Origin: Octopus vulgaris
Lineage: Eukaryota
NCBI GenBank assembly: GCA_951406725.2
Contig: OX597826.1
Span: 67,208,001-67,272,000 of the forward strand
DNA length: 64,000 nucleotides
Direction: 5' to 3'
The position numbers and the translations under genes are program-made. The notes beneath the pieces are model-generated. The model saw nothing but the letters and a program-made list of their open reading frames with translations, searched no databases and was not told the DNA's origin. The first letter of the stretch is position 1, and every line of letters begins with the position of its first letter. Shown piece by piece: positions 13,897 to 27,848 of the stretch.

Positions 13897-14604
13897 AAGC
13901 AGCCTTCTGAATCCAAATATTGCCACAACTGTTTATATCATTAAAAACTTAATCGCAACAAATACTCTCATAACAACGAGGACGCAATACAATTCTCACA
14001 ATAACGGTGCTAAGGCTAGAAAGTACATCGCAGCACGCCATTGATTGTCTCAACTACTTGCAAGCTGTCGTTCTCAAACTGCTAACCCTTTACACTATAT
14101 CAACCGACCACCACATCCGTGATCCCATCCAAGATGCCAGATTAGCCACTCTGAGCTCCTTACGAAATACCACGGGGACCAAAGCCCAATATCCCTTCAT
14201 ATCATCCCCCATTCCCATTGCCTCATCTACATCTCTATTACCGATTGTCATTAATGTGGATAGGGGGCCAGTACTTAATTTCTCGACCCTGAAAGGATGA
14301 AAGGCAAAGTCGACCCCGGTGCAATTTGACCTTAGAACGTACCCCTCGAGATATTGTAAGCTCTTTTTACAATCAAACTGTTCGTTTCTGTTTACAGTGA
14401 AACCTTGAAACTTCGCCCTGCCCCCCTCAGTTAACATATCCTTGATCTCCATAATTACATACTCTCCTCATGCACTTCATAATTCTGAACATATATACCA
14501 CGCACGCACACAAATGCACACATATACATACGTACACACATATATGAGCGCATATATCTACATCTAGACGTATGTAGAGGTACGTTTGTATGTATATGCG
14601 CATG

Positions 14605-15025
14605 TATGTCATTGTTCAGTTTTATTTCAAGATTTCTTGCCAATAGAGAAAGAGCCGGTTTCTAACCTAGATTCAAGGCTGTCTCATTGGAATTTCAACA
14701 TCAGCAACAGGGTATTTTTGTTTGTATGTATATATGTATGTATGTGTACAGATTTGAAATTTTTGTTCTATGTATGTATTCTCATAGCTGCACCGTTAGA
14801 CATGCTCATATGTATTTAAATGATAGACTTCTGGAAAGTTTTACAGATGTTTACAGTTCCGTTGATGGATTGGATTTATAGTCTTCGAATAAGCTTTCTC
14901 CTTTCTGGTTTTGAAAGCCTAAAGTTTCAAAATTGGTATTTGGCAGTGGGTTACAAATCCCAGGGCCCCAATAATTACAAGTATAACCTGGACTTGTAAT
15001 TTGGATAGAGTAACAACACCTTTCT
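14605..15025 (-). pseudogene. 3' end of an RLE-type LINE (endonuclease C-terminus + 3' UTR)
   Basis: Minus strand reads LYPNYK..VILVIIGALGFVTHC..KPERRKLIRRL*IQSINGTVNICKTF, the typical IIGALG..LQ..GT RLE terminus. Confidence 0.7.
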
Positions 15026-15027
15026 CA

Positions 15028-15062
<35 letters not shown>

Positions 15063-15169
15063 TGTATGTATATATATATGTATGAATGTGCTTGTGAGTG
15101 GGCATGCATGTACGTGTGTGTCTTCTTGCAAATGTTCTGAGTCAGAAAGGGCCCCTTTAAAACATATAT

Positions 15170-17010
15170 GAAAGTAAAAAATCTCCACAAAACAATGATT
15201 CTTGGAGTAGTTTTGATGTTGCATCCAAATAAACTGATGTCATTTGAGGTCAGGTTTTTTTCCTAGCATAGAAAATAGGCTTTCCTAGTTCATATAGATA
15301 TACATTTATTAAAATACGATCAAAACGTATGCTTTTATCACAAGCAACTTGGCTTGCTTTTCTTCCGCCCAGTTGCCTGAGGCATGTATCTTTTAAGTGT
15401 TCAGCACTATTAAACATATTTGTTGGGCTCCAATTGACTTGAAAACACTTTTCCATATTAGATCTATCTTGACAAATAAAACTCACAATGTTTGTCCCTT
15501 GTAGCTTCCAGGCTTTTCCGGAAAAAAAAAACTTGTATGAAATATTGTAACACGTTGCCAGGTACACTAAACAAGGTCACCTGTTATTTCCGTTTTTAGT
15601 CATATGTTTTCAAAAACGCCTTTGCAAATTTCCCACGTCAGTTTTTCAGCTTCATTCTTCTTTAACTCTCTCGTGTCTTAATAGTTATTCTAAGATTCTC
15701 TGATCTGAGGAACTATTAAAAATGTCTTCTTTAAACTTTGCATCAATGATCTGGAGAAATGTATTTCTTAAGCATTTGAATCTATTTATTTTTAAAGCCG
15801 AAGCTTCATAGACTTAAGAGGGAGACGACTCTCTCAGAGGTAAAAACTGAGCAGTTCAAACCAGTGTTTTGTCCTGGAACAAATGAGGAGTCTTTGGTCA
15901 GTTGTTGTGTTTGTCCCTGTCGAATTGTCTACATAAAAAAGTTATGAATCTGACCCTTTTTTAAAAACATTATGACTCTTGCATATGAAGGAGCACGGCT
16001 GAGTGATTAGAGCGTCGAGCTCACAATCATGTGTATTGTGTTCTTGAGCAAGACACTTTATTTCACGTTGGTCCAGTTCATTGAACTGTAGAAATAAGTT
16101 GCGAGGTCACTGATGCCAAACAGTATCGGCCGTTGCCCTTCCCTTGGATAAAATCAATGGTTGGAGAGAAAGGAGGCTGGTATGCTTGCGTAATTGCTGG
16201 TTTTCTATAAACAACCTTGCTCGGACTTGTGCCTCAGAGGGGAAACTTCTCAGTGCAATCTCATGGTTATTCATGACCGAAGGGGATCTTTACAACGCTT
16301 TCATGTTTGCAGCATGCAACAGAAATTCAAAAGGGAATTATTTTCATCTTGGCAATCAGCTCCCAAACTAAATTTTGAGGAATCAGTGAACAATCACAGT
16401 TAATCTATGATTAATAATTCATGATGGAAGGCTTCATCACTAAATCAGCATCTTTACAAAGACGTTCATCATTCAGAATGACTGCACAAAGCAAAATCTT
16501 TAGTACCAGATTCGAAGTAAATTCCCATCATTTAAACCTGCAGTCAGCCTGAATCTTAGATACATTCAGATGAGAAACTAAGTTACGTAGATCTCTGTGA
16601 GAATTAATGTGCTTCATAGAAGGGGCAGGTAACCCAAATTTTGGATCTAATATGTTATTGTCTTTTCAATCATTTTATGTTCCAATTTCACTTGATCGTT
16701 CATCACTTATACTAACAGTCTCATTATGATTTTTTTTAAAGCCGAAGCTTCAGAGACATAGGAAGGAGACGACTCTCTCAGAGGTAAAAACTGAGCAGTT
16801 CAAACCAGTTTTCTCTCCTAGAACAAATGTGGAGGTGTTTGGCCAGTTTCCATTATGGAAACAGAGGACAGACGAGGAAGGCGATAGGTTATAATATTTA
16901 GTTAATGAAACAGAAGACAGACGAGGAACTAGTCTCATCGAAGGCGATAGGTTATAATATTTAGTTATGTTCTTTGTCTTAGAAATATACCTCTTTGTAC
17001 TCAAAACTAA
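15170..17010 (-). pseudogene. Decayed Chapaev-3 (CMC)-like DNA transposase
   Basis: Minus-strand fragments in the expected order: ITKYYNLSPSMRLVP; HRDLRNLVSHLNVSKIQA; LFTDSSKFSLG; FKCLRNTF..DAKFKEDIF; AEKLTWE; FFPEK; QDRSNMEKCFQVNWSPTNM. These match the motifs LNDLVRDL, RLFIDSSK, AKLKEGIF and FHQDI..MEKRYQG.W. The family name is from recall. Confidence 0.65.
15990..16292 (+). mobile_element. SINE family C variant inserted in the Chapaev relic
   Basis: Degenerate tRNA head plus tgtgttcttgagcaagacactttatttcacgttg core. Confidence 0.75.
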
Positions 17011-17589
17011 GAATTCTGATAGTCTGTTGTATGAATGTTGAGTTTCGCTGTATATTTATATATATATGAGAGAACGTACATATATCTAGAGACTATTTCA
17101 ACGAACATATATTTCTGTATATTTATGAAAATACGGGAAAAAAGGATTTTGTAAAATAAATCAATATGCTCGAAGTAACTTAAATAATACGTTTTTGTAT
17201 CATTGGATATTTAAGCAATAGAAGATTACCAAGATAACTACACACCTCAACAATTTCTTCCTATATGCTTTTCCTTATCTTCACACCTAAACCCCAAATT
17301 TTCTACCTTTCTTGTACTGTCTCCATGGTTCTACATCAACCTTACTCTTCTCTCGATAGACACTGTTGCTGTGTTTTATAAGAACCATTGCTGTATTTTA
17401 TACCAGAACAATGTCTGTTCGGAGCAGGTGGTTGTCATGGTAGCTATTGCTATTCGCTCCCGATTTTATTTCCAATCAGCACACCATTTATTCCGTCATT
17501 TCCCTACATCTTTAGCAGTTCCATTGGCCGCCTGGTTTTTTTCTCTTTCGGACTACAGTGAACTTCGTGTCATCCAGGAGGTTCAGTAC

Positions 17590-17722
17590 TTACTCTTTTA
17601 CTCTTTTACTTGTTTCAGTCATTTGACTGCGGCCATGCTGGAGCACTGCCTTTTTAGTCGAGCAAATCGACCCCATGACTTATTCTTTGTAAGCCTAGTA
17701 CTTAATTCTATCGGTCTCTTTT
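17590..17722 (-). mobile_element. SINE family A 3' tail fragment
   Basis: Near-identical to the family A tail. Confidence 0.85.
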
Positions 17723-17829
17723 ATTACCAACAAAATACATCAGAAATATATATTTTGTTTTAAAGCATTATTTCAACGAACTATTTCATCACTGCCATCA
17801 TCATCATCATCATCATCATCATAGAGACC

Positions 17830-18072
17830 TCTTTCAAAATTCCATTTTGCTTTTCAGACATTCACTTGTGCAGACTGAACAATGTAAAGGGTCTAAGGAA
17901 GAAATCTATCTGTTTCTTGTAATAAATACCCCTAAATCAAAACTTTTCATTGGCTTTTAATACATTACTGTTGATCCCCAATTTACTGTTTTGCTATGGT
18001 AGACCCTCATCACCACTCCCAAATGTTACATTGACACCCTAGGAGTCCTGTGGACTCTGGGTGAGCACCACT
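17830..18072. mobile_element. Partial second copy of the hAT/Charlie-like element at 5699
   Basis: Homologous interior (aaaattcc..ttttg..gaacaatgtaaa..aagaaatc) and terminus. Confidence 0.5.
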
Positions 18073-18237
18073 AATCTAGATATTTTAATTGCTACCAGGG
18101 TCCAATTATTCATACGAAAAACGGAATTACATGACAGACGGAGATGCATTCACACAGTCATATAACAACAGAGTGGAACAAAAATTTATATAATATATTG
18201 AGGTAGTCATAATCAGGATAAAAATGATTAAGAGGAC

Positions 18238-18265
18238 GATGATGTTGATAATAATAATAATAATG

Positions 18266-18347
<82 letters not shown>

Positions 18348-18372
18348 TGATAAAAATGATGATAATAATAAC
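18238..18372. repeat. (AAT)n microsatellite
   Basis: Direct inspection. Confidence 0.95.
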
Positions 18373-19158
18373 TGTGATAATTTCTTCTTTTGTTATTACC
18401 AAAAGTACCCTTTCATGCGTACATTAAAACGTTATATATGGGTGTTGCAAACTTTGATAACAAAGACAAATGTTGATTAGGATGATGAACGAGAATATTT
18501 GATCATGGGCTTCAAATTTAGCCAATGTTATCAACGATTTTAGACTGATGATAAGGATCAGGATGACCACAAAGACAACGATGACGGCGACAACAGCTAC
18601 GACGACGATGAGGAAGATAATAGTGATGGTGATGGTGATCGTGATGATCGTCTTCATTATAACCGAATTCTTTGTAGCTATTATCCTCATTGAAAGCATC
18701 GAAGATAAAAAAAAAAAAGCAAAAATAATTTTAAAAATAATATCAAGAACTACGCAGAAAACAAAGAAAGTGGGCAAAAAAAAATTGTATTTAAGATGGC
18801 GACCGTTGATAAAAAGAGAAGAAAAATTGCTATTCTATTGGACGTTCACTTAGTACCGGAAGGAAGTGTTATTAACGTTTTAATACTGTATGAGAATAGC
18901 GAGAATATGATATGTAACAAGAAAGACGACCTTTAACAAAAGCGAATAGTATTGAATAATAAAAATATTTTCATCCACATACATACACATATGCATAGAA
19001 GCACAGATGCACATTCACATATTCATATGTATATACGTTCACATGTATGCACGTATGCAATTACATATATGTACATATGTATCGTATATATTTATATACA
19101 TTTATACGTACAAGCATATATATATATTACATATATATCTATATATAATATATATATA

Positions 19159-19228
<70 letters not shown>

Positions 19229-19644
19229 TATATATTATATATATATTAATATATGTATATGTATATATATATATATGCATCTGTGCATATATACGTGCAC
19301 TCACGGAAAACAATATAAGCATATGTAGATTATACAAGCGTAGATATACATACATATATGTATATGTTCATATGTACATTTATACACACACACACATACA
19401 TATACATACATACATACATACACACACACGCACACACACACGCACATATATATATACACACACACATATATATATATATACCAATTGACAACAGATCATT
19501 CATTGTGTGAACTTAGAATATTATATAAACGGATATTTATGTATATATACATATGAATGTATATACGTATCTATTACTCTGCCTATATATATATATATAT
19601 ATACATATATATATTTATATATATATATATATAATTGTATATGT

Positions 19645-19685
<41 letters not shown>

Positions 19686-19698
19686 TATATATATATAC

Positions 19699-19736
<38 letters not shown>

Positions 19737-20656
19737 GTGCACATACATAGATACGTGTAAATATGCATCCGTATATTGTCGTAGGTACAACATATCAGCG
19801 GTAGCAGTTAAAAAAAATAAAACATAACACGAAAGAAAGGAAAACAGAAGAACAAAAATAGAAAAAAAATCTAATAACCCAAATGTCGATGAAAAGCGAG
19901 ATATTATACTACAACAATAGGCTGATGTCATATGTGTGAATTGAATATGTTTCGAGATGAAAAAATATTTAAAAAATTTACAAAATGACAAGTTACACGA
20001 ATCAAGTGTAAGACTTGCTGGTGATCTATAGGAGTTATGTTGTCGTTTGCTTTTAGGAATCCATCTGTCGTCTGCTTCTTTCATTTCTTTTTTACGTCGT
20101 TTCTTTGTTTTCTTTTTCTTTCTTTTTTTACTCTCTTTGTTTCTGTGAATTCTCTCGTATGTCATGTATTTTTTTTTTATTCTGCTTACCATGAATATAA
20201 CTTATTCTAGGAGGTGGATCACAGCTATCTTCACTAAAAACCGAATGGTTCCTACGTAGCAGTTGGACGTATTCTCATATATATACGTATATGATGCATA
20301 AATATCAGACAACAGGAAGATATCGTCAATTTTCAGAGGTCATGTAGGTTGACAACCGAAAGAAGCAAACAATATAAAATAAAAACATGTTTTGCATTTA
20401 GTCCAGATTGTTTAGGCTTTACAGTTATTGTATTTAAAACAATCGCTTCGCTCTTTGTCCATAAAAGAAAGGTGTATCTGTGAGTAAATGAAACCCGTTC
20501 TTTATAATATAATGTGCAGGTTGAGATCAGGGAAAAAACATTAACTATCAAGAAGATAATTAGATATAATAATGCGGTGAGAGACAAACATTTGGCTGGG
20601 TTGGATTGTCTGTGTTCAGTTCTCTGCAGTACGAAAGCCACAGCATGTTGTATCCA

Positions 20657-21076
20657 CCTATTTCTTTACTACCAACAAGGGGCTAAACACAGAGGGGACA
20701 AACAAGGACACACAAACGGATTAAGTCGATTACGTCGACCCCAGTGAGTAACTGGTACTTATTTAATCGACCCCGAAAAGATGAAAGGCAAAGTAGACCT
20801 CGGCGGAATTTGAACTCAGAACGTAGCAGCAGACAAAATACCTATTTCTTTACTACCCACTAGGGGGCTAAACACAGAGGGGACAAACAAGGACAGACAA
20901 GCGGATTAAGTCGATTACGTCGACTCCCAGTGCGTAACTGGTACTTATTTAATTGACCCCGAAAGGATGAAAGGCAAAGTGGACCTCGGTGGAATTTGAA
21001 CTCAGAATGTAGCGGCAGACGAAATACCGCTAAGCATTTCGCCCGGCGTGCTAACGTTTCTGCTAGCTCGCCGCCT
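20657..21076 (-). mobile_element. SINE family B tandem dimer
   Basis: Head ggcggcgagctagcagaaacgttagc plus two ~180-bp units. Near-direct repeat atgttgt(a/t)tccaccta on both sides is a possible TSD. Confidence 0.9.
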
Positions 21077-21269
21077 TTGCTACATTCATTCATATATGTT
21101 GTTTCCACCTACCACGGTCTGATGTAGAGACCATGCATTTGAGCTTCAGATCATACTATTGTCCTGCTGAGTCCATTCTGCCACACTGGCTCGATGTTGT
21201 TCGGCAGAGGGGTGTAATTAGTTTAAACTCTTACCCAGATGTAGTTTAAACGATTACACGTTTACATTG

Positions 21270-22482
21270 ATGTCAGTGCTCAGCGAGTAATATTTTGATA
21301 TTTTGGGATTTCACCGAAAAGGGGACGCAACTTTAGTGGTGCAAATTGCTCAGAATATGAAATGCAAACGCCTCTCAGGCGCTTCAGAGCGACAAAAGAT
21401 GTGAAGACAATACAAAGAATAGGTAGTAAAGGGTTACATCACCCCGTGATGACAGATCCATCGTCCTTCAGTCGCACAGAAACATGAGAAAAACATCGTC
21501 GGAATTCTGTGCGGACTTCAGTGAGGCAAGTACTTCACAAATATCAACCAGAAATGTTAGAAGACTTGTAGAGTACGGTCTGAAAGGCTATAAAGCCAGG
21601 AAGTAGCCATGGGTTTCTGCAGTGAATATGGAAAAACGCCTTCAGTGGACCATAAAAACCACTCAAATTGGACCAGTGAGCAATGGTAGAAAGTCATGAA
21701 AGTAACTATGAAGTAAGATAGTAGATGTATTCAATCAACATATAAACTTTATTTAACTGGTTTGTTGCCCAAAATACATAAAAAAAAGTATCCCATATAA
21801 AGCTAATATTTTTCAGGATTTTACTCAGATTTTCTGTACATTTCGTGCAACTTTCGTGTGTCACTGAATTGGGGAAGCATTTAAGGCTGAATGACTGGTA
21901 CCAACCGTAAAACATGGTGGGGTGGTTCTATCATCGTGTATACCTGCATGTCTGCCACAGGACCCAGGGATGGATAAATTCAGCTACCTATGTTTCTATA
22001 TTATCGGGTGTTTTAGAGCCATCAATTGGTAAATTGCATTCAGGAGTGTTGAAAAACTGTTATCATCCAACAGGATAATGCTCCATATCATCATACAGCA
22101 AAGAATATTCGTCAATGGTTTGAGACACAGGGTATTGTCCCCATGGACTGGCCAGCTCAAAGTCCCGATCTAGATCCGATCGAACACCTATGGGGAACTC
22201 TTGGTGAAGCTATCAGTAACACAACCATTAAAAATAAAGAGTATTTTTACTAAAAGTTAAGAGAAAAATGGAGTAAAATCGCACCTAGCACCTGCAGGAA
22301 ACTAGTTGATTCAATGCCCAACTCGCATACAAGCAGTAATCGATGCTAAAGGAGGGTCAACCCGATATTAAAACCAATGTATATTGTGAAATATACCATA
22401 ATCTACCATGTGCACGAGTTTCATCAACGGTGATATAGCAGAACCCCAAAACATTGGGGTGGCCTAATACTTTTGGCCAATG

Positions 22483-22485
<3 letters not shown>
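21270..22485 (+). mobile_element. Decayed Tc1-family transposon with putative intron (21713-21828); right TIR present
   Basis: Translation gives TSPRDDRSI..RRLVEYGLKGYKARK*PW..WTSEQW*KV..ESNYE|IF..LVPTVKHGG..QQDNAPYH..WPAQSPDLDPIEHLW..IDAKGGSTRY*. TIR-like ggtggcctaatacttttggccaatgct abuts (TA)n. Confidence 0.9.
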
Positions 22486-22536
<51 letters not shown>

Positions 22537-22910
22537 ATATGAATGAATAAATGAATGATTGTATATTCCCCTCACCTTTTCTGAGATGATTCCGCTGACC
22601 GAATTGGTATATAAACGATAGGGTGATTAAAATTCGCTTCCGCTACTCCTCTGATAAAACTCTGAAGGGAAAACGTTGCACGTAATATTGGTAAATTCTA
22701 TTAGATATTTCATTTAATATCTTGTAATATAGAATGTGTTGATTCCTTGGTGTATTATTTAAATGTTTAACTGTACAACTATTTAAATAACTCTATTGTT
22801 CAAGAAGTGTTTACGACTTGTTTACAAGGTTGAACCGTCTGAGAGAAATATTTATATATCGAAGTGTTACATCTATTGTACAATGAAACAAAATTAGAAT
22901 TCATACATAC

Positions 22911-22962
<52 letters not shown>

Positions 22963-23084
22963 ATATCTACCTGCATACATAGATACATACACTCTCCCCC
23001 TCTCTCTCCTCTCTTCCCTCTCTGTCACAGGCACACACACACATACGTGTATGTATGTATGTATGTATGAATATATATATATGC

Positions 23085-23140
<56 letters not shown>

Positions 23141-23475
23141 GTATGTATGTATGTGATATGCATATCTCAATGTTTATTGGAAAATCTGAAAGTATTGAAT
23201 ACGGTGTCGGGCCTTGTCGGTGTTCCGAAATTAAAGAGCCCAAGGAAGATCATAAGGAACATACACCTGAGAAGAATCAAAATAACAACAAGCATGAAAA
23301 TGAAGGCAACACCAATACTAATATTATTGAGCAACAATGATAATCAATGGTATACGCCATACAAAATAGACAGGAAAATTGAGACTTTTATACCGTTTGA
23401 AATTTAACTTACATAACCTTCAAAGATCACATAAGCAAATTTAATTTTACATTCATTCATACATACATACATACA

Positions 23476-23509
<34 letters not shown>

Positions 23510-23530
23510 CATACATACATACATACATAC

Positions 23531-23716
23531 TGTTATATCGCAATACTAAACAGTGGCTGTGTGAGCTACAAGATCCTCGTCGCCACTGTTATGTCGCACG
23601 TTCGGATGCCTCTACTACTCAATTCTACTCCACTCTACTCTGTTCTACTCTACCTTGGCGTCTAGACTTCTCCCTCTATATTTACGTATTGAGCTCATCG
23701 TCTGGGGGCGTCCACA
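23531..23716 (-). mobile_element. Miniature LTR-retrotransposon relic (LTR + tRNA-Ser PBS + LTR end)
   Basis: TGT...ACA termini inside (TACA)n with catac on both sides; PBS TGGCGACGAGGAT (23573-23585) right after an internal ..ataaca LTR end. Confidence 0.65.
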
Positions 23717-23738
23717 CATACATACATACATACATACA

Positions 23739-23769
<31 letters not shown>

Positions 23770-24039
23770 GTAGATTCATGCATGCTTAATAAGATAAGGT
23801 TTTTGGAAAAGGAAACATCAATCAGCAAACTCGCACTTCACAAAAATACTATGTGTAAGGTGAACAATAAAAATATGCAAACATTTTCTCAAGTTTAAAA
23901 GGTGATATTGTTTTTGTTATGCATATTCTAATGATGAGAACAAAAAGTATGTCACATTTTAAATTTGAGAAAAGTCTTGCATATTTTTTACTGGTTGGAG
24001 AGTTTTCAACTCAGCGAAGTATGTGCTCAATTCGAACCT

Positions 24040-24497
24040 TGAGGGAGTCATTCGCGAAAAACTCTTCAACGGCACGGTTCTACCTGCAATGCTCTATGCC
24101 CGTGAAACGTTGGTAACAAGGAAGAATGAGAAACAACGGTTTATAACGTTGCAAAGTGCCATGTAATAGTCGATGCTGGGAATCGCGAGAGTTTACATTT
24201 GAAATGAGCGCATCGGGGAAAGAAGCTAGATGAAGGATTTTATCACCGAATACCATCTGAACAAACTTAGATGGGCCGGACACGTCGGGTGGTGCACTGA
24301 CAATCGGTGGACTCGTACAGTTTTCGAGTGGTAACGGAAACGACAACTGAGAAGGCCCCCACTCTGGCGGATTGACGATGTTAAGAGAATGATGAAACCG
24401 CAATGGAGAAAGAGTGCAGGGTCAAGAAGGGAGTGGATGAAATGCTGCGGCCAGCGGATTCAAGCGACACCCAACAGTCTGGCCGGTAAAGGTAACA
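24040..24497 (+). pseudogene. 3' fragment of an RTE-clade LINE ORF
   Basis: KLFNGTVLPAMLYARET..LRWAGHV..DNRWTRTVFEW..RRPP..DDV..W motifs, with stops. Confidence 0.85.
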
Positions 24498-24540
24498 GTC
24501 TGATATGAGAGCTTTATATATTTGTTAGAAAAAGCCCCTT

Positions 24541-24592
<52 letters not shown>

Positions 24593-25877
24593 TATGAATG
24601 TTGCCGCAATCAAGTTTCGCGCTATGAGTCCTCAAGGAACCCGAACAAACACTGCACGGTATTCTATCCGACGCTCCAAAGTGGTTCTACCAATTCGATT
24701 GCATGCAAATTTATTTTAATATATCAGTCTCGAGCTGTTTTAATTCATTTAGACAACATAACATCATATAAATTTTTACGCGTATAAATGTACGTATACA
24801 TACATACATACATACATACATACATACATACATACATACATACATTCGTATATACTACATATATGTATATGCGTGTGTGAGTATATAGATTTCTATCTAT
24901 CTATCTATCTTTCTATCCACATATATATTTGTACATAGAAATATATGTATACATATCCATACATACACACATATGTACTATATAGATGAAGTCTGAATTA
25001 ATCATGTAATATTAATGATTTAATTATGTTTGTACAATTGCGCAAGAAAAATTTGTGTCAACACATTCTGTAGGATATATTGAATAATTCACAGTGTCAA
25101 TATATGTATCTGTATTTTATCTATCCACGAATGCTGGTTGTCGATGTTCAAAACATATATGCAGAGCATTCACAAACTTCACATCATATATGCATATCTG
25201 TATGCGTTTCTTTCTCTATATGCAAGCAGCTTTTTTGTTGAACCGTGTGTGTATATAGATACATACATAATACATAAATACATACATAATACATAAATAC
25301 ATACATTCATATATATATATGCATATAACTAAATGGTTTATATGTAGAACCGTATACATGTTTGAAATCGCATCTCAACCAATTATATCTGTAAGTTTTC
25401 AAATTCATGTACTGTAATTACGTGTTATCAACGACATTTTTTTAAAAGAATTATATCCTATCAATTTCCATTACAGAACTATAAATACAATTTCTATAAT
25501 ATGCTAATGTCATTTTAAATGGAGTTTTCAAACATAAAACTCTTGGCAGCTGAGTCACTGTTGTTGAATACGAAGCCAGTACACGTATATACAAACGCAT
25601 ATATACATATATAAATGCATGTATAATTAAATGTATGTATGTGTGTGTGTGCATACGGAGGCAAATACTCTTAAACAGAAATAGATGTAAAGAGCGGATT
25701 TACATTGAGTGCTGCGTATGAACCGAATGGATGTAATCAAGTCGTATGTATCTATTCATAATGGTTGCTTTCTCCTAAGTTATTTGACAGCGTTTTGTGA
25801 CGAGGATAACATGGCTTCGCATCACAGGTCTTTCAGAATTCTAGTCCATACACCTAAAATATTATCACCAATATCAC

Positions 25878-25931
<54 letters not shown>

Positions 25932-26534
25932 TATCATTTAACGTCTGTTTTCCAGTTGGCTATACGATACGAACTGTGTCCTTACATTTTCAAACAAGGG
26001 ATACAAGCATCCCCACCCAGCTCAAAATAATATCCGTGTATCGTGATTCCCTTGTTCGAAAATATAAGAATACAGGTCGTGTCGTATATCCAGCTGGAGA
26101 CGATGTCTCCTGGGGCTAAATTACAGCAACATTCGTCCTAAATCATGACTGCCATGTTATGTTGGTAAATAATCTTTACTCCAAAGTACTGTTGATGAAT
26201 ACCTCTCGTTGTGAGATTTACAAATAGTAATTTTCTACCCGAAACAGCTGTAAAGAAAATTGATTTCCATATGTTTGCATTCTTTATACCTACTTTTGTT
26301 TTTCCTTCTTAATTTTGAAACAATCCACAATAAGACGGGCATGGTATTGTTGCTATCTAGAACTATATGGTAACCAACCTAAAACTTGACACTGATTTCT
26401 GATATTTCAAGAAATTTTGTCCTGGAAAATAAGTGTTACACTTACGATTTTTTTTAGGGAGAGACATGTAGTCTGAAACGAATGATATGACTACAGTCTA
26501 GAATACTATTTATACAAGTATAACAACAGCATTA

Positions 26535-26561
26535 ATTACTACTACTACTACTACTACTACA

Positions 26562-26618
<57 letters not shown>

Positions 26619-26696
26619 GCTACTACTACTACTACTACCACCACCACCACCAACACCACTGCTACCACCACCATAACCACGACCACCACCACGACC

Positions 26697-26748
<52 letters not shown>

Positions 26749-26750
26749 AT
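26535..26750. repeat. (ACT)n/(ACC)n compound microsatellite
   Basis: Direct inspection. Confidence 0.95.
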
Positions 26751-26789
26751 GGTATTAGTTGTGGTGCTGCTACAACTACAAGAACAGTT

Positions 26790-26953
26790 TCAAATTTTAG
26801 CATAAAGCCAGCAATTTCGAGTGAGGGGTAAGTCGATTACATCGACCCCAGTGCTGGACTGGTCCTTAGCGGGAATATGAACTCAGAACGTGATGACGAG
26901 TGAAAATGTTCCAAAGCGTTTTGGCCGGCATGCTAACGATTCTGCCAGCTCGC
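26790..26953 (-). mobile_element. SINE family B, internally deleted older copy
   Basis: aagtcgattacatcgaccccagtg and gctaacgattctgccagctcgc motifs. Confidence 0.75.
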
Positions 26954-26959
26954 AATAAT

Positions 26960-27355
26960 ATGGAAAATAAAAGAAATTGAACCTGGAGTGATCACGGAGG
27001 GTAAAAAAAAGTAATAAAAGGAAACCCGGTGAAATTATAGACTTGGCAGTTCTATTTGAGAGCAGGGTGATGGATACGAAAGAAATCGGAAAAATTGAGA
27101 AATATTAGGAACGTGGTCAGTGAGTTGGAGACCTTGTGGAACACGACGAAGACAATTGTTTTTGTGGTGATCGGTGCATTTGGCAAAACAAACGAAATTA
27201 CTCCCTAACTGGATGAGAGATATTGGAATTGAAACATGTCAGCCTACAGGAACGTGACATCTTGTGTTCTGGATTCTGGATTTGCCAAGAATCCTGAGAA
27301 AGATTCTGGAAATTTGAGAAGAGTTGTCACTATTCCTCAAGATAACAACCCTGAT
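26960..27355 (+). pseudogene. 3' end of an R4/Dong-like RLE LINE
   Basis: IIDLAVLFESRVMDTKEIGKIEKY*..ELETLWNTTKTIVFVVIGAFG..ARILRKILEI*, followed shortly by (AAT)n. Confidence 0.8.
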
Positions 27356-27381
27356 AATTAAATTTGCCTGTAATTGCTTTT

Positions 27382-27848
<467 letters not shown>

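Noticed and set aside
20560-21215. Possible second Chapaev C-terminal fragment around the SINE (GRW..NML..YC)
   Set aside because: It needs several frameshifts and the similarity is too weak to call by eye.
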